DNA of 64,000 nt, taken from Takakia lepidozioides. Taxonomy: Eukaryota > Plantae > Bryophyta. Below, piece by piece: positions 1 through 13,131 of the stretch. The notes under the pieces were generated by a model. The model was not told the origin of the DNA and ran no database searches. It saw only the letters and a list, made by a program, of their open reading frames with translations. The position numbers and the translations under genes are program-made. Location of the stretch: positions 4,216,001 through 4,280,000 of the forward strand of contig CM060731.1 of the NCBI GenBank assembly GCA_030704615.1, written 5' to 3'. Every line of letters starts with the position of its first letter. Positions within the stretch are counted from its first letter, which is position 1.

Positions 1-615
1 CTTGCAAAGTTCAACATCAAAATTTAGGACGACGCTGATAATAGGCATCTCAGGGCCGAGTCTGATGAGAGGCAAAACAGGCTAAAATCGGTCGAAGAAG
101 AAGGTGCCCTCACCACATTGCGTGAAACCCCTCCGCGCTCGAGCACACGGGGGCATCCCTTCCCCGAGCTGCTTTTTGGGCATCTCGGGCAGGTTCCAAG
201 GAAATTGACGACGATGACGATGTGTCTACGATGACGTGTCTACGATGATGTGGCGATGATGACGAGGCACTATGGCACCCTATTCCTGCTCTACGCTAAA
301 TTAGCTTCCGACCTTCGGTTGTCGCTAGAATATACAAATGTCTCCTTGGAAGACATAAGAAACCTCGAGCCATCATCACAAATACACCACTCAGATCTCC
401 AACTCAACAAACGATCATTGACATCATGTCCTTATTCGACTTACACATACACCTTTCCACGGGTATGTTTTCCGGTCCACATTCTTGTTGATGATGTGAC
501 GTGAGCCTAGAAGCTTGCCACGTGGCAAGCGGGAGCCTAAGTTCATGCCACATCATCAAAGCGTGAGCCTAGCTTGCAGGCTCACAACGTAACGTTGTTG
601 GTAAGAATGACTTGA

Positions 616-1025
616 TGTGTCTTTATTGAATCCTCTTCGGGTCAGATGCGCATTGCAAACATCCTCGGTAGCATCACGTTTTGCTGTTGTTACCTTAGTT
701 TCTCATTGTGATTATCCACACCTCTAGATGCAAAAATTGGAGTCGGCGTAAACTCGGTTGACTTGAGCCGGGAAGAATAAGGGGCTGGCTACATCCCCTC
801 CATGGGCATGGGCCATTGACACAAATGTGAATCAGTTGTCAATACCGGCAAATTCGTGTGTGATATGAATAATGTGTCTTTATTGAATCCACTTTGGGTC
901 AAATGAACATTGTACACATCCTTGGTAACGTCAAGATTTGTTGCTCTGACATGAGCTTATTGTGATTCTCCACACCTCCAAATGCAAATATTGGAGTCGA
1001 CACAAGCTCGATTGATTTGAGCCTG
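616..1025 (-). repeat. Diverged ~150-bp direct repeat (616-770 / 872-1025), possibly a decayed Copia gag (UBN2-like) remnant
   Basis: Both copies begin atgtgtctttattgaatcc and end in gattgatttgagcc/ggttgacttgagcc-like sequence. The minus-strand translation contains MFAMRI*PEEDSIKTH, reminiscent of the Copia gag 'LxxxxMxExxSIxxH' motif, with in-frame stops. Confidence 0.4.
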
Positions 1026-2665
1026 AAGAGCACCTCATATGGAAGCTTATGATATACATGGGCTTACTGCCCTAATGGTCAGGAAGACGTGCCAAAGGAC
1101 AGAGGAAGAATGGGTTAATAATTTCAGGTCCTTAAAATTACATCTCTTCATTGTAAGGGTAGCATGCAGAGTACATACAGAAGATTCATCCTTCATTTTG
1201 CCAAGATGGCTGGTCCTCTTTCCAGACTGTTGTGTAAGGATGTGAAGCATCAACCTTGTCTCGCATTCTCAGAGCTGAGCTGTTCTGCAAAATTCATGAG
1301 TGGTTAGTTATTTATTTGCAAAACTGAAGTGTCAGTCTTTTGGTGTCAGTGTCTTGCTGTTGGCCTTCCAGCAGGAATCCATAAAGTAGTTCTTTTGCTT
1401 GATTTTGCAAGCAGATTGTTGCTGCACTCGTTCTGTTCCTTGTGTTCCTCGCCTACTATATCAGGAGAAGTAAATGTGATTTGACTCGGGTGAACAAAAA
1501 GTTGACTGAGGTGATAAAACAAGAACAAGAACGACAAGGAGCATAACAAGAGGAAGAAGGAAAACAAGAAGGTAGAAACCATCCACTACTAGTTACTTCG
1601 GACCATTTCCCGGCATTGGTCATGTCACCAACAAGTTCTGGAACAGAATGATAATACAAACCTGGGTGCAGGCCTGAAGATAATGCTCAAATGGCATGTT
1701 ACAAAACTCTAAAACAAGCAAGTGCATGGGAAGTACAGTCTTTGGAGGGTTTTGTACACGTGGCGTTGTGGACCTGCCACGCATTGGTGATTATATTGCC
1801 ACATTACATGTCCAGCCAATTGGCTCAAGATGGCTCATTCACGGTCTAGCCTCTTCTTGGGTTTTTGAAGGAACAATCAACAGTTGGTTTCAGCTGCTGT
1901 GCAATGTTGGTACAAGAACTCTGAGGTTAGTGACTGAACACAATTTTGTTGGCAACTGGATTCTCACCTACAATGCATTTACTTACTGCCCACATAGCTA
2001 CCATCCTACAGAGGTTTTCTCTCTTTCGCCACAAGCCTATGACAATCACAATGTAACAAGCACATTCAGCTCCAACCAACCACCGAGTTTAAGCCGCATC
2101 CTTTACCAGACAGCTCTCTTTATTCCTCTCAGTTCATAGCTTCAAAGAGGCATAACACTGACAGAAGACAGCTTAGTCTCAGGGCTACCGGCATGCACAT
2201 GGGCCCACACACACATGGGGTAGTACCTTTACCAGATCTCCTTTGAGAGCAACAGAAATCCAAAATGCAATTTTTGCTTTCGCACCACATCTTTGGCTGA
2301 CTTCAATCTTATGAAAAGAAAAAACGTCACCCTGCTTGTGGAAGAGCACACATTTGCAACATAATATGACTACAACAATCCACCAGTACCCTCTTCCTCT
2401 TGAAATTAGTTCAGACTCAAAGGTCTGAGAATACAGGAATCACGCTGCCAGGATTACACTCAATGCAATGAGAGGCACAGGGTCAGAGTTTCCCATTTAG
2501 CTACTTCTTCCGGATTTGTTTCTTGAACTTCATGTTCAACCTCAACTTGGAGCAAATTGGGCAGAATCACTATTTCTTTCAGCCTAGGTCTGTTCTATCC
2601 ATCAACTGTGTATAACTGATGAACTAAGGGTTCAACTCCCTCTCTTTGATGAGCTAAGCACTGAT

Positions 2666-4090
2666 TCAAGCTGCTTTTCTGAGCTTGCTTACATGCTTTT
2701 CAATGGAATCAACCAGTGCATTGTCTGCAAAAAACTTGTCCTGCAGAGAGAGCCAGTCGCCAAGCTCCTCTTCTACTCTCCAGTGTTTCTCTATCTGCTG
2801 GAATCCAAAGGCCTCCCCTACAGAGTCGAGGTAAGGACGGAACCCACTTTTGGCAAACTCCAGCTGTGCTGCTTCAGTAAAGCAGAATTCTACAAATGCT
2901 TCACACACCTCTCGCACCCCATTTTTGTCTGCATTTGTATCCACTACAGCTATCACTGTTTCCACTCTGACGTTGGTTTTTGGAATAGTAAATGGCAGCG
3001 CTTCTGACCTGGCTGCCTGGACAATTTTCTGGTTGGTCAGAAAAATTTCGTTCTCATATGTGATCAATGCATCACCCAGGCCCTGCTTAAAAAAAACATC
3101 AGATGCCTCACGGGCATCCCTTGGTTCCACAGGCACATTCCTGAACACATTTTGAAGAAATTCCCGTGCCTCCTCTTCCGAACCACCTGGAATGGTCACG
3201 GACCCCCAGAGAGCCAAGAAGTTCCAGCGAGCGACCCCGGCTGTTTTGGGGTTAGCTGTTATCACCGACACATCATTCCTACCAAGATCTTCCCAGTCCG
3301 TGATTCCTTTCCGATTCTCTGGCCTTGTGACGATGCAGACAGTGGTCTCGGCAGGGACGGCATTATTTGGTACCCGATCCCGCCACCCAGGTCTAATGAG
3401 CCCAGCTTTTTCAATCATAAGCACGTCCAGAGGGAGCGCCAGCGACACAATGTCTGCAGGGAGCCCATCTATGACAGCCCTTGCCTGCGAACCACTTCCA
3501 GCTATGCTCAATCGGAATCGCACAACTTGCCCAGTTTTCTCGAGCCAGAATTTCGAGAAAAGCCGAGTTATCTTCTCATATGCAAATTTAGAAACAGCGT
3601 AAGACGCCAAAGTTACAAGCAAGGGTCCCTGCCGCTGTGCTTTTCCACCTCCGCCTTCACCTCCTCCTCCCCCTCCTCCGCCCCAAATCCCCGCTGCATT
3701 GGCTGATTGACTGAAAGACAAACTCAACGACAAGCTAAAGATACCTACAACTTTGACATTCCCCCTCCCTTTGCCACCACCAAGTTTGCGCGCACATTCC
3801 CAATCGCTGCAGTCCTCTACCCCACAGCTGGTGCATGCTCGAGACGGCCCAGCAGCTTCCCTCTGAATGCCCGGTAACTGAGGCAAATACACCCTCCTGC
3901 TTGAATGCACTCTACCCCGCACTGTATCCTCCCTGGCTGTAAATCCAAAAACTCCCGCAATACTGCCTAGATTTTCCCCGCTTGTCCTGGCATTCACCAC
4001 CAACCAAGGGGAGGCAATGGATGGTGGGGGTACCAGAGCCTTGGACTGCGATAGGACCCCACCTTGCATAAGAGAATCCTTCGACGCCAT
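2666..4090 (-). CDS. SBP: Plastid sulfate ABC-transporter sulfate-binding protein (Sbp/CysP family), single coding exon, 474 aa with an N-terminal targeting extension
   Basis: Sbp family motifs GSGSQARAVIDGLPADIV, ITANPKTAGVARWNFLALWG, PRDAREASDVFFKQGLGDALITYENE and AQLEFAKSGFRP. A ~150-aa Ser/Ala/Arg-rich extension precedes the domain. Confidence 0.93.
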   Translation of the reverse strand: MASKDSLMQGGVLSQSKALVPPPSIASPWLVVNARTSGENLGSIAGVFGFTAREDTVRGRVHSSRRVYLPQLPGIQREAAGPSRACTSCGVEDCSDWECARKLGGGKGRGNVKVVGIFSLSLSLSFSQSANAAGIWGGGGGGGGEGGGGKAQRQGPLLVTLASYAVSKFAYEKITRLFSKFWLEKTGQVVRFRLSIAGSGSQARAVIDGLPADIVSLALPLDVLMIEKAGLIRPGWRDRVPNNAVPAETTVCIVTRPENRKGITDWEDLGRNDVSVITANPKTAGVARWNFLALWGSVTIPGGSEEEAREFLQNVFRNVPVEPRDAREASDVFFKQGLGDALITYENEIFLTNQKIVQAARSEALPFTIPKTNVRVETVIAVVDTNADKNGVREVCEAFVEFCFTEAAQLEFAKSGFRPYLDSVGEAFGFQQIEKHWRVEEELGDWLSLQDKFFADNALVDSIEKHVSKLRKAA

Positions 4091-4688
4091 TGCTCCAAAA
4101 TCAGAAACAGGAGAGCAAATAACCCAATATCCGATGATGCCACTCCTACTCTCAAGCCTCTGAGAGAAAGAATTGTAAGTCGCTCCCTAGCTTCTGCAGA
4201 CTCTGTTGACGCATCTGCCACACAGACATCCCTCACAAGATCAGCGGAAGATCTGAGTGAGAGAAAATAGCCAAGAAAACTGCGGGCCAGGCCTGCATGG
4301 CATCTATCTGCGAAGGAATATATTCGGATCCCTGGAAAAGATTCGCACCCTGGAGAAAGATGCGAATCCTTTCCTAACTGACATAGGTAATAGGCATCCT
4401 TAAACATTCATCCACCGTGCCAGTGCATGCTTCATCCATCCACTCCAGATTTTGAAAATCGAATCAACCAGAACGGATGAATATGGATAATAGCTCTGTG
4501 GATGAGGTTCGGTTTCTGTGGATGATCGAGCATCCCTGTCAGAGCATTTGCATGCCGAGGAGAAGGCGAGAGAGAGAGAAAGAGGGAGAGGGGAGCTGCA
4601 GCAGCGCGCTGCTGGATCCCTCCGTGTATGCAGGTTGCGAGGGATCGGAGGCAATCTTGCGTACTCTGTTGCATTTCCGGGGAGCACC
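4091..4688. promoter_or_regulatory. Shared (bidirectional) promoter/5'UTR region between the divergent SBP and SYP7 genes
   Basis: The two start codons (4090 on -, 4689 on +) are ~600 bp apart, head-to-head, with a GA-rich tract at ~4560-4595. Transcription starts were not located. Confidence 0.55.
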
Positions 4689-7600
4689 ATGAGTGTGATC
4701 GACATTTTGACGCGCGTGGATGCGCTGTGCAAGAAGTATGACAAGTATGATCTGGATAATCAGAGTGGCTCTGAGATCTCTGGTCAAGACCAGTTTGTGA
4801 GACTCTATACCGTTCTTGAAGCCGACATTGAGGCTGCACTTCAGGTCTGTGGCAGTGTTTTTCTGTTCCGCGCTGATTTGAGTTCGTTGTTTAGGTTCGC
4901 AGCATATTCTCTACCAGCATTGTGTGTCGAAATTGCGTGATGCGGTGTAGGTAGTCTGGTTGTACACGTTTACTCATACGTGAAAGAAGCCTCTTCCCTC
5001 CTTTCGTTGCCTGCCTACTTCTGGTCTTTATGATTACTTGTGTAGAATACACGCCGAGTTTCACATTACGAAGAAGATTAACTTACAATGTATCTGAGTT
5101 CCAGTGGGCTTGTGCCAAAAGACTTCAGAATGTATAAGGTGTCACAGTCCAAAATGTTGTGTGTGGTGCAATGGAAAGATTGGGGGCCATTTATATGGCT
5201 GTGACCGATGACGTATGCAAGTGATTGTCTACAACTGATTTCCTGTCACATGCTGTTTCCAGCTGTGGATAGCAGCATTTGCTACTGGTAATTGCGGGTT
5301 GGTACTCTACAGTGATGCCTGCTTGGTGTTCACAAAATTCCATGCCAAGCCTGCTCGCACCCTTGTATAAACAACGGATTGAGAAAGTGACCACAATTAT
5401 TTTCACCAATTCCCACGCTTAGTATCGTCTACTAGGATATTATGGTAAACAGGAATGTAGTGCATGGCGTGTGCTACCTGGATGCATTTGTGGCTTGTAA
5501 TGTGAGGCAAAGCTGTTTTGAGCTCTTTCGATGTGATGCAGAAATCACAAGATGCTCAAATTGAAAAAAATAGAGCAGCGGTAGCAACTCTGAATGCAGA
5601 AGTACGGCGCACCAAGGCAACATTGCTGAGTGAAATTCCAAAGCTCCAAAAGCTAGCTGCGAAGAAGGTTTGTCTTACCTTATTTCCTTACAATTTTTGC
5701 TACTTGTGGTTCTCTTGCCCAATGTGTGTGAGTCAGAGAGAAACAATATCTTAGTGGGAGGAATGGGAGGAATGGGATTATTGGACTAGCAAAAGAGGCA
5801 GGCCGGAAATGCTTAAGGAAGTTAAATGAGGTTTCTGCAGTGGAATCATCAAAGTCTTGGTCAATTTTATTTTCAGTGTAAGAGAGAACGAGACAGACAG
5901 TATCACTGCGAGTGCTTAGAACTGGGAATGCATTAGTTTACTTGCTGCCCAGCAAGTTTACACTGCTTGTACCACCAATGGACCTGACTTCAGACTTTGC
6001 AAGTGAGATGTTTTGGTCATTCCTGTGAATGGATGGATGTATGTTTCTTAACATGTCTGGCGAAATCCATTCAAATGTCCTACCGTGTAACATGTGATAT
6101 GCAGGTGAAGGGTTTATCAAAGGAGGAGCAGGCAGCCCGTCTAGACCTTGTGGGGGCACTCGCACAGAAGATTGAAGACATTCCTGATGGTGTCAATGTG
6201 GGTGCTCGTCGCAGTAATGGTATGTGGGGTGGCAAAGCTGGAGGCTTAAGCAGGCCGATGGAGATCAGAGTGGATTCAGCGCATCCTGGTAAGCATCAAC
6301 TCTATTAGCACAAGTGGCCATGCAGTGCAAATACAACAGCAGGTATCAAATAAAGTAGGCAGCTTCTTTATCTGGTTTGTTTCCTGTGTCTATAGCTGCG
6401 GTACTTGAATCTATGGCAAGGGTACCAGGTATTCTTTGGTAGTGGGTAGGGGTTGAGCCTAAAGAATATTCTATCGATGGGATATCAATGTTGAGACCTG
6501 TGAGTATACAGATGATTTGATGCGCCCTGAACACTATGAGGAAACTGAGGAATCGAAGGGATTCAGGCAAGAGTACGAGGCACGGAAGACCAAGCAGGTA
6601 CTGAACATATGCCCACTTCTGCTGGTAGGACCTTTGATGAATTTGAGGGTTGCTATTTGCACAGAGTATTATAGGAATAGCACAAGATTTGAAGACTGGG
6701 GTGTTCTCGATGAGGTCCTCTTTTAAGTCCACGTGGCAAGATATGGCCACTAATAGTTCCTTCAGAGTGTGAAATTCATGTGCTATTCCAAGCTGTGTTG
6801 TCCTTTGCAAACTGGAGATGATATGTGTGGCGACGTTTCTTATAAACTGGGGAATGCAGGACCAAGGGCTGGACATGATTGCACAAGGCCTTTCAACTCT
6901 TAAGAACATGGCTGAGGACATCAATGAGGTAGGAGTCTTGATGCAACTGGTTCTTCAAAGATGTAATGTATCAGGGGCTCCACTCAGCCTTACTCTGTAG
7001 CTGTCTCAAAGAAGATGCACCAGTGTGGCCCTTCCTTTTGTTAACAACGAAAGTAGTTCTTGCGAAGAGGGAATTTATAAGTGGGAATTCACCTTGCATA
7101 AACTATAATTCCGTAGTCTATGTCATCTGATAAGAGTGGAAACATGTCCGGTCCTCTTGCTTATGTTTCGTTTGGCATGGCATTGCAGAACCCTAACCAG
7201 ACACTAGATGCCTAAATATAAATTAGCTGCACCATGGTTGTTCTACTCCTGTGAGCTAATTTGAATCACTGCAGGACAATGCAAAACTTGGCAACTGGTA
7301 GTTTGTTAGATGTTAACAACATATTTCCTGGAGCCAGACAGTAACCCAGCAAATTCTGGAAATGAAAGTTTACGGCCAGACTCAAGTTGATACATAATTG
7401 TAGTCTGTCCATAACAGCAAGCATATCTGATGTGTACAATAAAGGTCAAGGTGCGTCCTTGATGAGTCTCATGTTGGAGACATTGTTGTCGCCGTTCAGC
7501 ACAGTGCTTTTTGGACACACATTTGTATAAATCATCTCAGGTAACTGTCTGTGTGGGGAAATTCCTGGTGTGGGGCCAAATGGGCTGGAGAAGAGTGGCT

Positions 7601-8544
7601 CTTGCTGCAGAAGTCCCGTTGAGGTCCATCCAAAACTCATGGTGCTGGCAAGGGAACGACTTTCTCCAATCTTGAAAAATTAACTAGGTTCTGTTGGATA
7701 ATCTACAGGAATTGGATAGGCAAGTGCCTTTGATTGATGAGGTCGACACAAAGGTAAGCCTCCTTCTGTTTTGCCATTATATGGATTCCATATTCCGCTC
7801 TCCTTGCACTGAAGGCATCAGGAATGGTACTGCTTTATTATATTTTTCTAATATTCCTACTTGTATGGGGCTCATGGACAGGGCACAAAACCCCTAGACA
7901 TATAATGTTAAGCTCAAAGCCCTTAGGATTGTTACTGTGTGGTAGATAGTGAGAGCCTTACAACCTTGATGTATTGTTATGTGGGAATCAGGTGGATAAA
8001 GCTGCAGCTGACTTGAAGAACACCAATGCCCGGCTGAAGGAGACTGTCACCAAGGTGATCTTTGCAAACCAACCTTGTGTTTGCACATATATTACATCTG
8101 TTCATTGTGGGCTTACCCTTGGACTTGGGCATTGTTTAGTCTATTCGGAACATGACCCAATGTTGGTGGTGTGGTTACAGTTGAGATCCAGTCGGAACTT
8201 TTGCGTCGACATAATTCTACTTGCCATCATCCTGGGAATTGCGGGCTACCTTTACTCGTACTCCCTTACACATCATGCCCTTCTGACTGTCTTCTATGTT
8301 TGCTTTTTAGCCGCAATCTGTAGACAGATGAAAAACAAACCTGATGTGAACGATAATTACAGTTACAACTTCTGAATCTCCTAAATCTTGTCTATTTCAA
8401 GATAAGCAGACAAATCTAGCATGCGTGTCCACAAAACCTTAATTGTTGACAAACTGCTAAGGGTGAATGTTGAAATCGTTCATTCATTTACGCTGTATAT
8501 CTGGGTGATGTTTGTCCTTTCTTTTTTGCAGAGTGCTCAAGTAA
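4689..8544 (+). CDS. SYP71: Qc-SNARE syntaxin of plants SYP7 family (SYP71-like); 9 exons: 4689-4844, 5542-5667, 6105-6288, 6512-6597, 6860-6928, 7709-7753, 7992-8054, 8181-8257, 8532-8544
   Basis: N-terminus MSVIDILTRVDALCKKYDKYD; NRAAVATLNAEVRRTKA; SNARE motif QDQGLDMIAQGLSTLKNMAEDINEELDRQVPLIDEVDTKVD; C-terminal TM LRSSRNFCVDIILLAIILGIAGYLYSVLK*. GT-AG junctions join in frame. Confidence 0.93.
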
Positions 8545-9561
8545 AGTAGCAGGGATGCCTGCCACAGTATTCTGCCAGTAATTGATGAGGCTGTTACTCT
8601 CATCCCTTAAAACGTGCCTTCTTCTCTGACTCAGTTCGAATGCTCATAATCTTGGAGTGGCTTCAGGTGATTGTCAAGCTTGCTTTTGGCAGGGAGATAT
8701 TTTTTAAATCAGGTGTGTATTGCACTCCATAGATTGCTCAGACAACAGTTCACAAACAGTCAGTCTGCTGTCGCATAGTTGGGAGGCAGGAAAAAGGCAG
8801 TCCAGGCAGTGGTTTAGTGATTCAAAGGAAATTGTTTGAATAGCTGCGGCCGAGAAGCATGGCCCATTTCTTTGAGCTTTCAAAATTATGTTTGGATACT
8901 TACATCTGTAACGAAAAAAATAATATCGGTGATCAAAGTGGGATACAGTTTTGCAAGCTGTTGAAGCAGCAGCAGCAGAGTGCTACGACCAGTTGCAGAT
9001 CCTCACATCATTTGTATGCATCTTCATGGATTCCCAGAGTCCCAACAGTGCTTCCAAAACAAGTCATCCTTGATGTGTACATGGACTTTACCTGAGAAAT
9101 TCCTTATACAGTTTGGGGTGTCTTACCCTTTCCTCACTAATCACAATTTGCAGAGGAAGAGGGTCGTTCTACTTTAACACATACACATGGTCATTATACA
9201 AAGAGGGGAGTAACCAGTGTTTTAGTGTCAGTATTCTTTTTCAATGGAAGGACAAGGTGAACGGGTTGCCAAAATTGCAGCAAAATGTGTAGGGTATCTC
9301 TAGAGGGGGCTTAAACTGGTGAACCCCCTTGCCCCGGTTCTTTACCGAGCTTAAAAATTGCAAAGGTGTGCTGCCTCAGCAAGTGCGCTTGCAACACACT
9401 TGCCAGGCTGGTGTGGGTGTTTCCTGCCCTAACGCACTCCCTGTTCTTACGAGTCAGTATTCACCAGTATAAGCCAGTGTCCCTGCAAAATACAAAAATG
9501 GCATTTGTGCGGTTTTTTACGTGTACTTAGTTCATTAGCTCCTCCCTAAGGAGAGCCCACT

Positions 9562-10641
9562 TAGGGAATTCCAAAAAGGCCTTGACGTGAAATGCATTGC
9601 AATTCACTTGATCACCCCCCTAAAAGTGCGCAATTCAATTGAACTGCTAAAACTAGCTTGAAAACAACCCTAGTTGATAATTCAATTAAATTGTTGACTG
9701 CAATTCAATTGAATTGTGAATTTGCAAATCAATTGAATTGCTGACTACAATTCAATTGAATTGTAATCTATAATTTTTAACTTATTTCTGTATATAATAT
9801 ATAATATGTATGTATATATATATATTCAAATTATACTTATACACATATAAAAGTATAAACTAAAAATACATGTTGCCTGTCTATTCTTGCTGCCCCTCTT
9901 TCTTGTGCCCTTGAGGAAATTGTGGAGTTGTGAAGCCAGCCTCAGCCTCAGTGAGAAAGCTTCATGTGATTCACTGGCAAAAGAAACATGGCTGGCTTTG
10001 AAAGAAACGGACAAAATCAAACCTGACAATTGATGAAAGGCTTCCCCTGCATCATGTAGTCCCCTAACACTAGTATCTGGCCAGGACAAAGAAAACAAAT
10101 GATATGTTCATCTTGAGAATCATCAAAAATAAATTGTTTCGATACCCTTACAAAGGTACCATGTTGAAGTTGAGATGTGTGTTCCATATAAGTTTAATAT
10201 ATCGAACTCTTACACGTTGATACTCTTACATTGGTATCATGTTTGGTATATGTACATAGCCATATATTGGCACCAACATCCACAAAGAGGGACAATCCCG
10301 CTTTTACAAGCGGACTTCCTCTCTCTCTCCCTCTCTCGCTCTCCCTTAGGCTTATCTGGGGCTCAAGCCTTACCACGGGCAAAGGATTGACAGACGGACA
10401 GCAAGAATAGACGGGCATGTATTTTTAGCTTATACTTTTGTATGCGTATATGTATATTATATATATATATATAATATATATACAGAAATAAGTTTAAAAT
10501 TATAGATTAGAATTCAATTGAATTGTCAATTTGCAATTCAATTGAATCGTGTGCCGACAATTCAATTGAATTGCGCACTTTTAGGGGGTGATAAAGTGAA
10601 TTGCAATGCATTTCACATCAAGGCCTTTTTGGAATTCCCTA
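9562..10641. mobile_element. Non-autonomous foldback/MITE element with long TIRs (~9562-9895 and ~10395-10641) and a 6-bp TSD CCCACT
   Basis: Left end tagggaattccaaaaaggccttgacgtgaaatgcattgcaattcac is the reverse complement of right end gtgaattgcaatgcatttcacatcaaggcctttttggaattcccta. cccact flanks both ends (9556-9561, 10642-10647). The arms hold repeated caattcaattgaattg palindromes. Confidence 0.85.
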
Positions 10642-13131
10642 CCCACTGCATAGTTTTTCTCCTGATGCACCTTCCCTAGTCCATACCAACCTATGAAGAC
10701 AATACGAGTATTACTTTTATCAACCCCTCTATGCCTTGGTCGCACCCATATTTCCCCAAATCCCTGCATCGTTACATATTCATGATATACATCTAGTAAA
10801 ACGAAAACTTGCAGCCCCCCAACAAGGGCTTGCCAATGAAACCTGCGTGCTGGTTGCTGCCAATTTTGCTAGAAAGCACCTGTAGTTGAATAGCATAAGC
10901 CTATTTTACCAACGTGGACCATTTAAAACGTGCCCCCTGGCATATTGCCACTTTTCTAACCTTGCCACGTCGTTATTCTTGCCACATGGGCACTGGTAGA
11001 GTTCACATGTGGCCCGCTTGCGATTTTGGAAAAATGAGAAACACCGATTCCTGCAGGAGTTATGGCCATGCGATTTGCACGACCAAAATCTTTTAATGGC
11101 GGGCAGATGGGGCAGATCGCCCCTTTCCCGGCTTGCCCGCTGCCGCACGATGGTTGTGGGTCCGTACGGTCTTTCAACGAATGCGGGTGGCAGCGGTCTA
11201 AACGCGGCCCCAGGGCCGGCTGTCGGGGTGACCCTAGCTTTCTATTTATACACCCTACGAAACAAGGGGCAGTGAGAAATTATGGGAGGTCTGTCACGGG
11301 TCTGAGGGGGTTTTTCTTCTTCTTACTTCATCGCACACCAATCGTACCTTTGGTACCTCAGAAACACTATGATTCATTGTCCTGTTTCATCCCAGCAGAC
11401 GCAGTACTGTCTTCGTCAGTGATCTCCTCCAACAATTCCATCCCAGAAGTATTCTACTCATCACCCAGTTGTACTAAAGAATACAGTATGCTTCACTATG
11501 ATGACTAGAATCTCACGTCTGAGGACTGACTATAGATTCTAATACATTCACACAACTATAAACAATACAATCTCATTCACATGTTAAAGCATCCAATAGA
11601 GGCCAAGTGATTAGGGCACAAGGCTGCCTTACAAATGGTTATGGGTTCAAAGCCACATATGTGTATATTGGATTTTACCCATATAAAAGGCGGTAACCGG
11701 ATCAATGGGGACATTCAAGTTCTTGGGGGAGGGTTGAGGAGTCGTGTTGGCGGGTCGTCCACCTTCCAAACAAAAGGCAGTATTAGCCCATAGGGTACTA
11801 AAGGACACCGTAAGTTGCATTTGTTTTGGCTAGAGTCTCTCCTCAGATAGGTAGCAAGCATACGGGAGCACATAGGCATATTCTACATATTTCAAAAAAA
11901 TCCGAAGAATATGCGATAGCGGAACCAAAATGTACTCACGTGACAAAATTTATGAAATTAATCGTCCAAAGCTTAACTCACATTAGCACAAAGATCCACA
12001 AATATATCTGCCGGAACTCAAAGGTCACTGAACGTAAACAATGTGGCATTTGGTAATACATTGTGTTAGAACACCCACAAGAACCACCCAATCAATGGGT
12101 TTCGCCAGCGAAATGCAAACGCATCTTGGGCTTTTGCCACCGAAACTTGGGTTTCGCCGGCAAACTTGGATTTTAGCCAACGAAACTTAGGGTTTTGTCG
12201 GCGAAATTAGGGTTTGGTTTGGTTTTTTTTTTTTTTTTTTTTGGTTTAGGTTTCTCCCTTTCAAGCTCCTTCTATATGCTTAAGATTATATTTAGACACC
12301 ACGTAGACCCTATATACAGAAAGACTGTCAAATGTTCATCTATTACATGTATTTCCGCTGGCATACATATCATCCCCGTAACCGTGGATCCCACTCTCGC
12401 GGCGTGTTTTTTGTGCTCACGCCATACCAATCCCCTCCTCACACTTCAACACATGTCCATCCCTTCACATTCGTCGCTTCAACACAGTGGTCGTTGTACA
12501 TAGGTTGAGCCAAACAGTAGCTAGGGTCAAGAGCCCAAAGCGCCCTGCCTAAATAAGAAATTCTACCTCTAAGAATAGAAGCCGCCCGACACAACATTAC
12601 ATAATCCCATTTATACAAGCAAGTTTTTGACACATCATCCACCAAGCTCTTATCCTAATCCAAATGTAGATGTTAACTAGAAGACATATTAGTCTAAAGA
12701 AAGCCATAGCCAACTCACCGTAATTTGCCAATTGTCAATGACTCATAAATTAAGGTATGTAATCTAGATAAAGTTACTGTGCTTGTCAAGAAGCGGCGAC
12801 GGTTGAAGTCTCTTTTCTTTACAATATCAGAGTATTCGGTTGTGGTTAGTTAGTTGCATAGATCAATAACTTGTATAAATGGACAAATGATTTTACATTT
12901 TATTAAATATATTTTCATTTTATTTTCAAAAAAAATCTTAAAAAGCTACATCCTAGATTCAATTTACAGCATAATTCTACATTCACAAATTAATTCATAA
13001 ATATTTATCATATGAAATTTAATGTCAAATTACCAACTACCGTATTATCTAGTATAATTTGATCATATTTGGCTAATTGCCTTCTAGTGGAAGATGGAAC
13101 ACCTCCATGACATCTAACACGTGGTTTGAAC

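Noticed and set aside
1346-2139. Short ORFs downstream of SBP
   Set aside because: No recognisable motifs or consistent exon chain; possibly 3'UTR or intergenic sequence.
2666-4090. Bacterial contamination or recent HGT as the origin of sbp
   Set aside because: It has a long eukaryotic-type targeting extension, no operon partners, and is contiguous with a spliced plant SYP7 gene. Endosymbiotic origin is more parsimonious, though a phylogeny is needed.
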